This document shows, in pieces, positions 18,086-27,930 of a DNA stretch of 64,000 nt. Numbering within the stretch: position 1 is the first letter of the stretch; each line of letters opens with the position of its first letter. The position numbers were made by a program, and so were the translations under genes. The DNA is from Clostridiaceae bacterium (GTDB lineage Bacteria > Bacillota > Clostridia > CAYPLH01 > DUMO01), in NCBI GenBank assembly GCA_012839865.1, contig DUMO01000072.1:1-64000 (forward strand), read 5' to 3'. The notes beneath the pieces were generated by a model. The model saw nothing but the letters and a program-made list of their open reading frames with translations. It made no database searches and was not told the DNA's origin.

Positions 18086-20404
18086 ATGCTTACTGCCAAC
18101 GCCATAAAAGTTTTGGAGAAGAGATATTTTATAAAGGATGAATCAGGGAAGCCTATCGAAGATGCCGACGGAATGTTCAGAAGGGTGGCAAAGGCTGTTG
18201 CCCTGGCAGATAAGGATTATGTTTCGCCTGAACAGCTTAGCGAAATTGAAGAAGAATTTTTTAACCTGATGAAGAACCTTGAATTCATACCAAATTCACC
18301 TACCCTGATGAATGCAGGCCGTCCTTTGGGGCAGCTTAGCGCTTGCTTTGTGCTTCCTGTGGAAGACAGCATGGAAGGGATATTTGACAGTATAAAGCAT
18401 GCGGCACTGATACATAAAAGTGGCGGGGGAACGGGATTCAGTTTTTCACGCCTCAGACCGAAGGGCTCATCGGTAAATTCAACCGGCGGAGTGGCCAGCG
18501 GACCGGTTAGTTTTATGAAGGTTTTCAATTCAGCCACTGAAGCCGTCAAACAGGGAGGAACACGGCGCGGGGCCAATATGGGCATCCTGCGGGTTGACCA
18601 TCCTGATATATTGGATTTTATTACCTGCAAGAAAGAGAACAGTGACATCACCAATTTTAATATAAGTGTAGGAATAACTGAAAAATTCATGGAAGCGGTA
18701 AGGGACGACAAGGAGTATGAACTGGTGGATCCCCATACCAAAAAGGTGGTCGGAAGGCTTAGCGCGCGGGAAGTTTTCGAGCTTATAGTTGAAATGGCAT
18801 GGTTGAACGGTGAACCCGGAATAATATTCCTGGACCGGTTGAATAAAGACAATGTGACTCCCGAATTGGGAGAAATCGAGTCGACCAATCCATGCGGCGA
18901 GCAACCCCTTCTTCCATATGAAGCATGCAATTTAGGTTCTATTAACCTGAATAAGATGATTAGTTGCGAGGACGAAGAACCAAAGTTCGATTTTGACAAG
19001 TTGAGAGAGGTTGTAAGAAAAGCCGTTCATTTTTTGGATAATGTTATTGATGTGAACAATTATCCTCTTCCTGAGATCAGGGAAATGACAATTGGCACAA
19101 GAAAAATCGGCCTTGGTGTTATGGGTTGGGCAGATGTGCTCTTAAGGCTTGGAATACCTTATAATTCAGCAGAGGCTATCGAGCTTGCCGAGAAAGTCAT
19201 GCACTTCATCCAGGATGAGTCCAAAAAGGCATCAATTGAAATTGCTGAGAAGAAAGGCTGTTTCAAATATTTTGATAAAAGCATATACAAGGACCTTGGC
19301 ATTAAAATTCGAAATGCCACAACAACCACAATTGCACCTACCGGTACAATAAGCATAATTGCAGGGGCATCAAGCGGAATTGAGCCATTATTTGCAATAT
19401 CCTTCATCCGGAATGTCATGGATAATGACGAACTGGTTGAAGTCAACCCTATTTTCCTCGAGGTGGCTAAAAAAGAGGGATTCTACAGTGAAGAGCTGAT
19501 GAAAAAAATAGCCAGGAAAGGTTCCATCAGGGGATTTGATGAAATACCGGACCATATAAAAGAAGTCTTTGTAACTGCCCATGATGTGTCCCCTGAATGG
19601 CATGTCAAGATGCAGGCGGCATTCCAGAAATTTACCGATAACGCGGTTTCTAAAACAGTAAACCTTCCCAACAGCGCCACCAGGGAAGATGTTAAGGCCG
19701 TATTTGTGCAGGCTTACAAGTTATACTGCAAAGGTGTGACCATTTACAGGGACGGAAGCCGTGATGCGCAGGTGCTTAATATAGATTCGGTAAAGGGCAG
19801 GGAAGAAAAGCCGGTAATGCCGCAACAAGGCGGAGTAACTCCAAGACCAAGACCGGATGTAACAACCGGGTTGACTGAGAAGGTAAAAATCGGATGCGGC
19901 AACCTTTACATAACTGTCAATTATGATAAGGAAGGTATATGCGAGGTATTTACAAACCTGGGCAGGGCCGGCGGATGTCCGTCCCAGTCCGAGGCAACCA
20001 GCAGGCTTATTTCAATAGCTTTGCGCTCCGGGATAGATGCCCAGGCCATAGTAGAGCAATTGAAGGGTATACGCTGCCATTCCACAATAAGGCAGAAGGG
20101 GCTTAAGGTTTTATCATGTCCGGATGCAATTGCCCGAGTAATACAAAAGGTTGCAATGATTAAGAACGGGGATGGAAACGGGGATAATGAAGTAAGTGAT
20201 GAAATTGCCGTAGAAAAAAATACTTCAAAAATTGAAAAGCACAGTTGCATTTACAACTGCTCCCTATGCTCAATGAAGGCCGTATGCAAAAACAGCATGC
20301 ATTCCCCGGGAAAGCCGGGAAACTGCCCGGAATGCGGAGAGAAGCTGGAACATGAGGGTGGATGTGTCATTTGCAGGAACTGCGGTTATTCAAAGTGTGG
20401 TTGA
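18086..20404 (+). CDS. nrdJ: Class II (adenosylcobalamin-dependent) ribonucleotide reductase
   Basis: PNSPTLMNAG, LSACFVL, TNPCGEQPL (active-site Cys), ACNLGSINL, TIAPTGT, YRDGSR; C-terminal TSCPD-like segment and Zn ribbon CPEC...CRNC. Confidence 0.93.
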   Translation: MLTANAIKVLEKRYFIKDESGKPIEDADGMFRRVAKAVALADKDYVSPEQLSEIEEEFFNLMKNLEFIPNSPTLMNAGRPLGQLSACFVLPVEDSMEGIFDSIKHAALIHKSGGGTGFSFSRLRPKGSSVNSTGGVASGPVSFMKVFNSATEAVKQGGTRRGANMGILRVDHPDILDFITCKKENSDITNFNISVGITEKFMEAVRDDKEYELVDPHTKKVVGRLSAREVFELIVEMAWLNGEPGIIFLDRLNKDNVTPELGEIESTNPCGEQPLLPYEACNLGSINLNKMISCEDEEPKFDFDKLREVVRKAVHFLDNVIDVNNYPLPEIREMTIGTRKIGLGVMGWADVLLRLGIPYNSAEAIELAEKVMHFIQDESKKASIEIAEKKGCFKYFDKSIYKDLGIKIRNATTTTIAPTGTISIIAGASSGIEPLFAISFIRNVMDNDELVEVNPIFLEVAKKEGFYSEELMKKIARKGSIRGFDEIPDHIKEVFVTAHDVSPEWHVKMQAAFQKFTDNAVSKTVNLPNSATREDVKAVFVQAYKLYCKGVTIYRDGSRDAQVLNIDSVKGREEKPVMPQQGGVTPRPRPDVTTGLTEKVKIGCGNLYITVNYDKEGICEVFTNLGRAGGCPSQSEATSRLISIALRSGIDAQAIVEQLKGIRCHSTIRQKGLKVLSCPDAIARVIQKVAMIKNGDGNGDNEVSDEIAVEKNTSKIEKHSCIYNCSLCSMKAVCKNSMHSPGKPGNCPECGEKLEHEGGCVICRNCGYSKCG

Positions 20405-20630
20405 TTGTTCAAAGTTCAAGCAAAATACACCTAGGTTCAAGCAAAATTAACTAAGGTTGAAATTGAAAAAAGGTACCAATAATATTGATGAGTAGATGTC
20501 TTATTGTCATTACCATTAGATTTGTTGGCGGTTATAATAAATCAATACTGAAAGGATATGACAGGAGACTTTTGACCGGGAATCATTCAAGACAGAGCAA
20601 ATATGTGCATCCATTGAAAGGAATTGGCAG

Positions 20631-20831
20631 ATGGACCCTTTGAAAATTGATAGAATTAATGAGTTATACCGGAAATCCAAAACATCAGGACTTACCGTGG
20701 AGGAACTCAGGGAGCAGGAAGCCTTGAGGAAGGAATATGCAGCCCTTTTCAGAAATAATTTGAAACAGCAGCTTGAAAATCTGACGGTAATTGATGAGGA
20801 TGGCAGGGAGTATAAATTAAAAAAGAAATAG
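20631..20831 (+). CDS. UPF0291/DUF896 (YnzC-like) small protein
   Basis: IDRINELYRKSK..GLT.EE..EQ..LRKEY pattern; RBS AAAGGA. Confidence 0.85.
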   Translation: MDPLKIDRINELYRKSKTSGLTVEELREQEALRKEYAALFRNNLKQQLENLTVIDEDGREYKLKKK

Positions 20832-20845
20832 GAAGCCGGTTTGTT

Positions 20846-21412
20846 ATGAAAAACATGGTGATTGACAGGATAGTGCAGAATCCTATTATTGCAGCAGTGA
20901 GGGAAGAGAAGGATTTGGATGCTGCACTTTCCTCCCAGGTAACAACAGTCTTTTTGCTCCATGCGAACATTTTCAATATATCCGGGTTGGTCGACCGTAT
21001 AAAGAGCAGAGGAAAAAGCGCCCTGATACACATTGACTTTCTTGAGGGGCTTGGAAGGGACCAAAAGGCTCTGGACTACATTGTGGAAATAATAAAGCCC
21101 GACGGAATTATCACCACCAGGAGCAATTTTATTAAGCTTGCCAGAGATAAGGGCATGTTTACAATCCAGAGGTTTTTTCTCGTGGACAGCCAGTCTTTTG
21201 AAACTGCAATAAAGACTGCCGGAACGGTATGTCCTGATATGATTGAGGTAATGCCGGCCATTATGCCTTCCATACTTAAAAAGATAACATCACGGCTGAC
21301 ACTGCCTGTTATTGCAGGCGGGTTGATAGAAAGCAAGCAGGATATTATAGAAATAATAAAGTCGGGAGCCATAGGGGCATCCACGGGCAAAATTGAATTA
21401 TGGAGCTCATGA
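20846..21412 (+). CDS. glpP: Glycerol-3-phosphate responsive antiterminator GlpP
   Basis: PIIAAVR, IHIDFLEGL, DGIITTR, QRFFLVDS, IEVMP and PVIAGGLI motifs. Confidence 0.92.
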   Translation: MKNMVIDRIVQNPIIAAVREEKDLDAALSSQVTTVFLLHANIFNISGLVDRIKSRGKSALIHIDFLEGLGRDQKALDYIVEIIKPDGIITTRSNFIKLARDKGMFTIQRFFLVDSQSFETAIKTAGTVCPDMIEVMPAIMPSILKKITSRLTLPVIAGGLIESKQDIIEIIKSGAIGASTGKIELWSS

Positions 21413-21522
21413 GATCACCGGGCTTTACATCCGGGAAAGTTCTTTATATAATATAAGCGTGATTTAAATTACATGTGATTGGGTATCAATTACATGCAAA
21501 TAAAAATTAAATATAATTAATG

Positions 21523-21592
21523 TGTGGAGAATTGGAGTCACATTAAAATAGCAGCTTTTTAAAGCATCTGTTTTGGTGTGGCTTTTTTTATT
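21523..21592 (+). promoter_or_regulatory. Leader terminator, probable GlpP antitermination target
   Basis: TGGAGAATTGGAGTCACA leader just after TATAAT (21512); AGTCACA pairs with TGTGGCT and is followed by a T tract; lies between glpP and the oxidoreductase operon. Confidence 0.65.
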
Positions 21593-21742
21593 TGGTGTTT
21601 TTATCGTTGAAGCTTGTTTGAGAGAGTGCTGCAGCAAATCTAAAACATATTATATACGGCAGGAGGAAGGCTAATGCCCCGATTGCACATGTCAGCGCAG
21701 CCGGTGAATCAAAAACACCTTATATCCGGCAAGGAGGAGAGT

Positions 21743-23254
21743 ATGACTGATAAAAAATCAAAGGTGCGGGTCAATAAAACTGAGGAAGCGGCTTTTTATG
21801 ATGTAGTTATTATAGGTGCAGGTGTGACAGGTGCCTTTATTGCGAGGGAATTGTCAAAATATGAGGCTTCTGTGTGTCTGGTTGAAAAGGAAGCGGATGT
21901 TGCCATGGGAAGCAGCAAAGCCAACAGTGCAATAGTTCACGCCGGGTATGATGCCGAGCCGGGAAGCCTGAAGGCAAGGCTTAACGTGGAAGGAAATTTG
22001 CTGATGCCCGGGGTCGCTGAAGAACTGGGTGTCCCTTATAAAAATACTGGTTCTTTAGTGGTGGCGTTTTCAGAATCCGAAGCTGAATTGCTCGGGAACC
22101 TGATGGAACGCGGCAGGATTAACGGTGTAAAAGGTCTTGAAATAATTGCAAAGGACACGCTCCAGAAAATTGAGCCTTCCATTAGCGCCGATGCGACGGC
22201 TGCATTGTATGCTCCAACAGCGGGAATTGTCTGCCCTTATGAATTGACCATAGGAGCGGTGGAAAATGCGGTGGAGAACGGAGTAGAGGTAAAACTTGAA
22301 ACTGAAGTAACGGGTATTGCATTTGCCGGTGATTTGTTTGAAGTTTCTACGAACCGGGGAAAATTGTTCGCCCGTTTTGTGGTGAATGCAGCAGGCCTGT
22401 ACGCAGACAAAATCGCCGGGATGATTGGCGACAACAGTTTTTCCATACATCCGAGGAAAGGTGAATATCTGCTTTTGGACAAAAGCCAGGGCGGAATTGT
22501 GAACCGGGTCGTTTTTCAGGTTCCCAATGACAAAGGGAAAGGCATACTGGTTACGCCTACGGTTGACGGGAATTTGTTGGTAGGACCAAATGCTGAGGAT
22601 ATTGATGATAAGGAGGATGCCGGCACCACCCTTGAAGGCTTGAGGGAGGTAATGGAAAAAGCCCGAAAATCAGTACCTGGAATCAATTACAGAGAAGTTG
22701 TCACTTCCTTTTCAGGACTTAGGGCAAGGCCAACCGGAGGAGACTTTATCATTGGTGTGTCAAAGAAAAATCAAAGGTTTATAAATGTGGCCGGTATTGA
22801 ATCTCCCGGACTTACTGCAGCTCCTGCAACAGGGCCATATGTGGCAGGTATTTTAAAGGAGCAGGGGTTTGCCCTGAATAAAAAAGAAAATTTCAATCCG
22901 GTACGAAAGCCTGCCATCTGCACACGTACAATGAAAGCGGAAGAACTGAATGCCCTGATCAAAAAGGACCCGGGATTTGGCAGGATTGTCTGCCGGTGCG
23001 AAAAGGTGACTGAAGGAGAGATTGTTGAAAGCATACACAGACCCTGCGGGGCAAAAACTCTTGATGCTGTAAAAAGAAGAACCAGGGCCGGCATGGGAAG
23101 ATGCCAGGGTGGTTTCTGCTCTCCCAGGGTGGTTGAGATACTATCCCGGGAATTAGGCATACCAATGCATGAAGTGACCAAGATGGGAGAAAATTCGGAA
23201 ATCCTGGCGGGGAAATTGAAGCAGGTAAAAATACATAAGATGCGGGGGCAATAA
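21743..23254 (+). CDS. FAD-dependent oxidoreductase with BFD-like [2Fe-2S] domain (GlpA/LhgO-like glycerol-3-phosphate dehydrogenase subunit)
   Basis: DVVIIGAGVTG, SSKANSAIVHAG, ESPGLTAAPA, IVCRCEKVTEGEI and RAGMGRCQGGFC; start at ATG 21743 (RBS AAGGAGG). Confidence 0.85.
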   Translation: MTDKKSKVRVNKTEEAAFYDVVIIGAGVTGAFIARELSKYEASVCLVEKEADVAMGSSKANSAIVHAGYDAEPGSLKARLNVEGNLLMPGVAEELGVPYKNTGSLVVAFSESEAELLGNLMERGRINGVKGLEIIAKDTLQKIEPSISADATAALYAPTAGIVCPYELTIGAVENAVENGVEVKLETEVTGIAFAGDLFEVSTNRGKLFARFVVNAAGLYADKIAGMIGDNSFSIHPRKGEYLLLDKSQGGIVNRVVFQVPNDKGKGILVTPTVDGNLLVGPNAEDIDDKEDAGTTLEGLREVMEKARKSVPGINYREVVTSFSGLRARPTGGDFIIGVSKKNQRFINVAGIESPGLTAAPATGPYVAGILKEQGFALNKKENFNPVRKPAICTRTMKAEELNALIKKDPGFGRIVCRCEKVTEGEIVESIHRPCGAKTLDAVKRRTRAGMGRCQGGFCSPRVVEILSRELGIPMHEVTKMGENSEILAGKLKQVKIHKMRGQ

Positions 23255-23365
23255 GGGCAAGAATTGCGTGTTGTCAGGTATTTCCGCATCTGCAACCGCA
23301 AAAGGAGAAGCCAAGGGGCAACAAGTGCACCAACAAATGTGAGTTTGAAAATGGAGGTAGAGCTT

Positions 23366-24628
23366 ATGACACAGGCAGACCTGGTGGTAATTGGCGGAGG
23401 TCCGGCAGGAATGGCGGCTGCCATTGAGGCGTATAAAAATGGAATAAATGATGTGCTGATTATTGAAAGGGAAAAGAAACTTGGTGGTATTTTAAGGCAG
23501 TGCATACATAACGGATTCGGACTCCATATATTTGGCGAGGAGCTCACCGGACCCGAATATGCCGAAAGATTTAAAGAAGAAGTAGAGAACCTGGGCATAA
23601 AAAGCAAGGTTGACACAATGGTCCTTGATATAAATGAAAACAAGGAGATAACTTATATAAACAGTGTTGACGGTTTGACAAAGATTAAGGCCAAAGCTAT
23701 TATTCTGGCCATGGGCTGCAGGGAACGTACCAGGGGAGCCTTGAACATACCGGGGACACGGCCTGCGGGAATATTTACGGCAGGTACAGCCCAAAGATAT
23801 GTAAACATTGAAGGTTATTTGCCCGGAAGGAAGGTTTTTATACTGGGCTCCGGCGACATCGGGCTTATCATGGCCAGGAGGCTTACATTGGAGGGAGCCA
23901 GGGTTGTTATGGTATGTGAAATACTCCCGTACCCGGGGGGGCTCAAAAGAAACATTGTACAATGCCTGGATGACTTTGACATACCCCTTGTGCTTTCACA
24001 TACCGTTGTCAAAATCCATGGTAATAAACGGGTAACGGGAGTTACCATGGCGGAAGTTGACAGTGAGCGGAGGCCTGTACCTGGTACCGAAAAATTTGTG
24101 GAGTGTGATACCGTGCTTCTCTCGGTGGGACTTATCCCAGAAAATGAGTTGTCCCTAAGTGCAGGGGTAAAGTTGGATCCCCTGACCAACGGGCCAATAG
24201 TGGATAATTTCATGAGAACATCTGTGGAAGGAATTTACGCCTGTGGAAATGTGCTTCATGTAAATGACCTGGTTGACAATGTTACGGAAGAATCCAGGCG
24301 GGCAGGGAAATATGCAGCCGGGTGGCTTTTGCAAAAACACAACCATGACAATGCTTATGATGTGAAAATCTCCCCCGGTGCCGGGATACGATATGTTGTG
24401 CCCCATATTGTGAGGTGTCCGGTAAAGGATGATGTGGTTGTCCATTTCAGGGTGAATGGAATATATGAAAACATTAATATTGTAGTTGAAAGCGAAGCTG
24501 AAGTGGCTCTTAAAAAAAGAAGACCCAGGGTTGTTCCGGGAGAAATGGAGAGTGTGACTCTGAAACGAGATTTTTTTTCCGGGCGGGAGGATTTGAAGGA
24601 GATAAGAATAAGGGTGGAAAAGTGCTGA
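23366..24628 (+). CDS. NAD(P)/FAD-dependent pyridine nucleotide-disulfide oxidoreductase (second subunit of the glp cluster)
   Basis: VVIGGGPAGMAAA, GGILRQCIHNGFG, LAMGCRER and ACGNVLHV; start at ATG 23366 (RBS GGAGG). Confidence 0.85.
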   Translation: MTQADLVVIGGGPAGMAAAIEAYKNGINDVLIIEREKKLGGILRQCIHNGFGLHIFGEELTGPEYAERFKEEVENLGIKSKVDTMVLDINENKEITYINSVDGLTKIKAKAIILAMGCRERTRGALNIPGTRPAGIFTAGTAQRYVNIEGYLPGRKVFILGSGDIGLIMARRLTLEGARVVMVCEILPYPGGLKRNIVQCLDDFDIPLVLSHTVVKIHGNKRVTGVTMAEVDSERRPVPGTEKFVECDTVLLSVGLIPENELSLSAGVKLDPLTNGPIVDNFMRTSVEGIYACGNVLHVNDLVDNVTEESRRAGKYAAGWLLQKHNHDNAYDVKISPGAGIRYVVPHIVRCPVKDDVVVHFRVNGIYENINIVVESEAEVALKKRRPRVVPGEMESVTLKRDFFSGREDLKEIRIRVEKC

Positions 24629-24814
24629 CCGAAAGAGAGCATTATAGGGGTATGGCAGTTGAAGAAGTTGAGGAATAGTTGGTGGAGTAAATAAAAAATA
24701 TGCTTTCTACAAGCAGTTTGCCTAAACCTGAATAGAGGGAGAAACAAGGCGGTGGAAATAAGACAATCAAAAGAATCGATTCTGGAATAACAGCAATAAA
24801 AGGAGTTGACCAAA

Positions 24815-25225
24815 TTGGATGATAAATTGAATAACACAACTGAAAGAAAGTTGACATGTATTGCGTGCCCCCTGGGTTGCAGTATCTGTGTCATGTTATC
24901 TGAAGGACGCATCTTACGCGTCTTTGGAAACAAATGCAAAAAAGGGGCTGAATATGCAGTTGAGGAGTGTACCAACCCGGTAAGGACACTGACCGGTACG
25001 GTTCGGCTTATAGGCGGAGATGAGCCCTTGCTTCCTGTAAAGTCCGACAGGCTGGTTCCAAAAGGGAAGATTTTTGATTGCATGCGGGAGATAAACAGTT
25101 GCTCGGTATCTGCTCCTGTCAAAATCGGAGATATTGTAATAAAGGGTATATTAGGCATGGATGCAAACATTGTTGCTGCAGGGAAAGCAGAAGCTGGGGT
25201 TAAAATGAACTTATGTAGAAAATGA
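24815..25225 (+). CDS. DUF1667-like small Cys protein (third subunit of the glp cluster)
   Basis: LTCIACPLGC, GNKCKKG.EYA.EE.TNP.R.LT and PVKIGDIVI pattern; start uncertain (24806 or 24815). Confidence 0.8.
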   Translation: MDDKLNNTTERKLTCIACPLGCSICVMLSEGRILRVFGNKCKKGAEYAVEECTNPVRTLTGTVRLIGGDEPLLPVKSDRLVPKGKIFDCMREINSCSVSAPVKIGDIVIKGILGMDANIVAAGKAEAGVKMNLCRK

Positions 25226-25494
25226 AATGTATGCAGAACAGGGCTATTTGCGAAGCAAATCCAGCCAAAAGCGAGAGGGGCTCGATGCCCCCGAGCTTTT
25301 CTAGAACAAGGCTCTTATTTTGAGAAAACCGACGGTTTGCTGAAAGCAAAAATGCTACCGCTTTTGCTCGCCCTCCGTGGCTCGAAAAAGCTAAAAAAAC
25401 ATCCTGTTTTTTTCACGCATTTTTACCTTCATCTCACCTGGTTTTCTAACAAAATAAAGCCATTTGTTATTGTTCTGCATACATTTCATTTTCT
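25217..25494. mobile_element. MITE-like element, copy 1 (24-bp perfect terminal inverted repeats)
   Basis: AGAAAATGAAATGTATGCAGAACA (25217-25240) is the exact reverse complement of 25471-25494; the core is highly similar to 30939-31150. Confidence 0.75.
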
Positions 25495-25598
25495 CAATGC
25501 AGTTCATTTACGCATACATTTCTTGATTTACACTTGCATTTCTTGCTTATTGCAGAAGTGCTGACTAGAATGATCATTCATTCAAAGCAGGATTAACC

Positions 25599-26492
25599 TT
25601 ACTTATAATGCTTCTTTTCTTCATACTCCTTTTTAAACAACTTTGAATCCTTGTAGTATGTTTTTGGCGGAAGGCCAAATTCTCTTTTGAATGCCCTTAT
25701 GAAACTTGCGTAATCGTTGAAGCCGCACTCCATGCAGGCATTAATGGCCGGAAGCCCCTGATCTATAAGCCCCTTTGCCCGGATAAGCCTCTTTTTCAGA
25801 ATATAGCTGTAAACGGTAAAGCCCGTAGACTCCTTAAACTTGTGCATAAGATAAGACTTGCTTATGAACAAACGGTTGGCGATATTGTCAATTGACAGAT
25901 CCCCGGTCAGGTTATCATTTATGTACTTGATTGCTTTTTGAGTAATCTCATCATAAGTAACATCCTCAGCGGTATTAATCACATCCCTGGCAAGCAACAG
26001 ACGGTTGATATGAACAAGGAGGGCAATAAAATAAGCGTTGCTGAGTATCCTGCTTCCAAACTCCCTGCTGTTTACCGCTTCCTCCAGTTTTGAAACAAGA
26101 CTGCTTATATTGCTGAACCAGGCGGTCCCCGGGCGAATCAGATTTCTATGCTCCCTGGCAGCAATCTTGAAACACTCATCCAGGTCGCAATCATCACTTT
26201 TATGTTTTTGCAGAAACAAGGGATTGATATAGATTACCATTCTGTCATATACTTCAGAGGAATCTATAACCGGTAAATGCACTTCGCTGGTGCTGACCAG
26301 CAAAATATCATATGGCTTCAGCTTGTAGGCTTTTCCTTCGATATGGTAGGTAACGTTTCCACTGTAGAAAATTATTAATTTGTTGAAATCGTGAAAATGA
26401 TATTCAAACTGAAGGTCCTTCTTGTCCCTTAAGTGAAAAAGCCGGAAATCTTCGTTCAGGTAACCCTTTTTGACCTGGCTTTCATTTCTCAT
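25599..26492 (-). CDS. AraC-family transcriptional regulator (cupin + HTH)
   Basis: YHFHDF cupin motif; C-terminal LSIDNIANRLFISKSYLMHKFK and CGFNDYASFIRAFKREFG. Confidence 0.93.
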   Translation of the reverse strand: MRNESQVKKGYLNEDFRLFHLRDKKDLQFEYHFHDFNKLIIFYSGNVTYHIEGKAYKLKPYDILLVSTSEVHLPVIDSSEVYDRMVIYINPLFLQKHKSDDCDLDECFKIAAREHRNLIRPGTAWFSNISSLVSKLEEAVNSREFGSRILSNAYFIALLVHINRLLLARDVINTAEDVTYDEITQKAIKYINDNLTGDLSIDNIANRLFISKSYLMHKFKESTGFTVYSYILKKRLIRAKGLIDQGLPAINACMECGFNDYASFIRAFKREFGLPPKTYYKDSKLFKKEYEEKKHYK

Positions 26493-26550
26493 ACAAATTC
26501 CCTGCCCCTGAAAATATTCACCAATCTGAATATATTATATAGCATTTTGT

Positions 26551-26592
26551 GCAATATTCATAGCAATATATGCAATATTATTTGCAATAAAT
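26551..26592. promoter_or_regulatory. 21-bp tandem repeat, candidate AraC operator
   Basis: GCAATATTCATAGCAATATAT followed by GCAATATTATTTGCAATAAAT, between the divergent AraC and DMT genes and upstream of a TATACT -10. Confidence 0.5.
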
Positions 26593-26701
26593 GTGAGTAT
26601 ACTGTAATTGGAAGGAAAAATTTGCTGTCCGGACCTAGGAGAATCATATTTTAAGGGTGATTTTGCGGAAGCTTTGCGGGAATCAGGGAAGGTGAACATA
26701 A

Positions 26702-27652
26702 ATGTCAGCAATCAAACGAAGCAATGTTAATATGTTTTTACTGTTGAACGCCATATTGTGGGGCTCCCATTATGTATGGAACAAAATGCTTCTTGGATAT
26801 CTCCCCAGGTTTTCCATTTTGTTTATTTGTTCTCTTGGGGGAGCAATATGCACCGGGATTGCATTTTACAAGTCAATGAGGCATATAAGCAGGAAATCCC
26901 TCCTTTGGGGTATTTTCATCAATTCATTTTCCACTGTGAGCAATATATTTTGCATGTTGGCCCTTGGCGCCACAAGCAGTTCCAATACGGCATTTATTGT
27001 TCAGACTTCCGTGCTTATCACTCCGGTATTGATGTGTGTGCTGCTGAAGAAATTGCCCGAAAAGAAAGTGGTTGCAGGCTCATTGACTGCACTCCCCGGA
27101 CTTTTTCTGCTTACAACCGAATTGAAGGGATTTCATATAAATCCTGGTGATTTGTTTGCACTCGTGAATGCATTGTTTTTCTCATTGTTTATGGTAGCCA
27201 CGAATATAAATTCTGATAAAATTGACTCAAAACAATTGACTGTAATTCATCATGCAATGAATACTGTGATATTTTTTATACTTATGGCTTGCTTTGAGAA
27301 AGGAACATCAAGGCTCAATTCCTTTTTATCCCCGATACCTTTAGCCTTAAGCGGGATAAGTATTTTTATAGCGATAGCAACGATATTGATTCAAAACTCG
27401 GCCCTTTGCATTGTAAATCCTGAAAGAGCCACTCTTATATACACTCTTGAACCTGTTTTCGCTTCAATTTTTGCATTCATCTTTATTGGTGAAAGACTGG
27501 AAAGTGCTGCTGCCGTGGCAGGCTGCATTCTTATTCTTGCATCGGTGATGTTTTCTGTCTTTACCGGAAGGAAAGGAGCATCAGAGATTATTTTCAGTCC
27601 CGTTATCCGTATAAGGAAAAGCATTTCATTCATTTCCAGACTTTTTTTCTAG
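26702..27652 (+). CDS. DMT/EamA-family transporter
   Basis: Ten hydrophobic segments in two repeats; AILWGS, TSSSNTAFI, GDLFAL and LEPVFAS motifs. Confidence 0.9.
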   Translation: MSAIKRSNVNMFLLLNAILWGSHYVWNKMLLGYLPRFSILFICSLGGAICTGIAFYKSMRHISRKSLLWGIFINSFSTVSNIFCMLALGATSSSNTAFIVQTSVLITPVLMCVLLKKLPEKKVVAGSLTALPGLFLLTTELKGFHINPGDLFALVNALFFSLFMVATNINSDKIDSKQLTVIHHAMNTVIFFILMACFEKGTSRLNSFLSPIPLALSGISIFIAIATILIQNSALCIVNPERATLIYTLEPVFASIFAFIFIGERLESAAAVAGCILILASVMFSVFTGRKGASEIIFSPVIRIRKSISFISRLFF

Positions 27653-27801
27653 AATTGATATAAAATTCAGACTTCTTATTTCATTAATAATCAGCTCTGA
27701 AACTGCTATATACAGCGAAGTTCATTGAAGCGCAGTTCAAAATGCCTGGAATCTTATTATTATCCGTGCTGTCTTAAGTAACCTTTAGCTGCACATTTTT
27801 A

Positions 27802-27830
27802 TTGACTTGAAGAAAACTTTGTAATAAAAT
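27802..27830 (+). promoter_or_regulatory. SigA-type promoter of cimA
   Basis: TTGACT-17 nt-TAAAAT. Confidence 0.65.
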
Positions 27831-27930
27831 CACTTATAATTATAACTTGTTAAATTGTACTTTTTTTAATACATGAACATATTATTCTATAAAAACTGTA
27901 ATAAGTCGTTATTGATGCGGGAGGATATGA

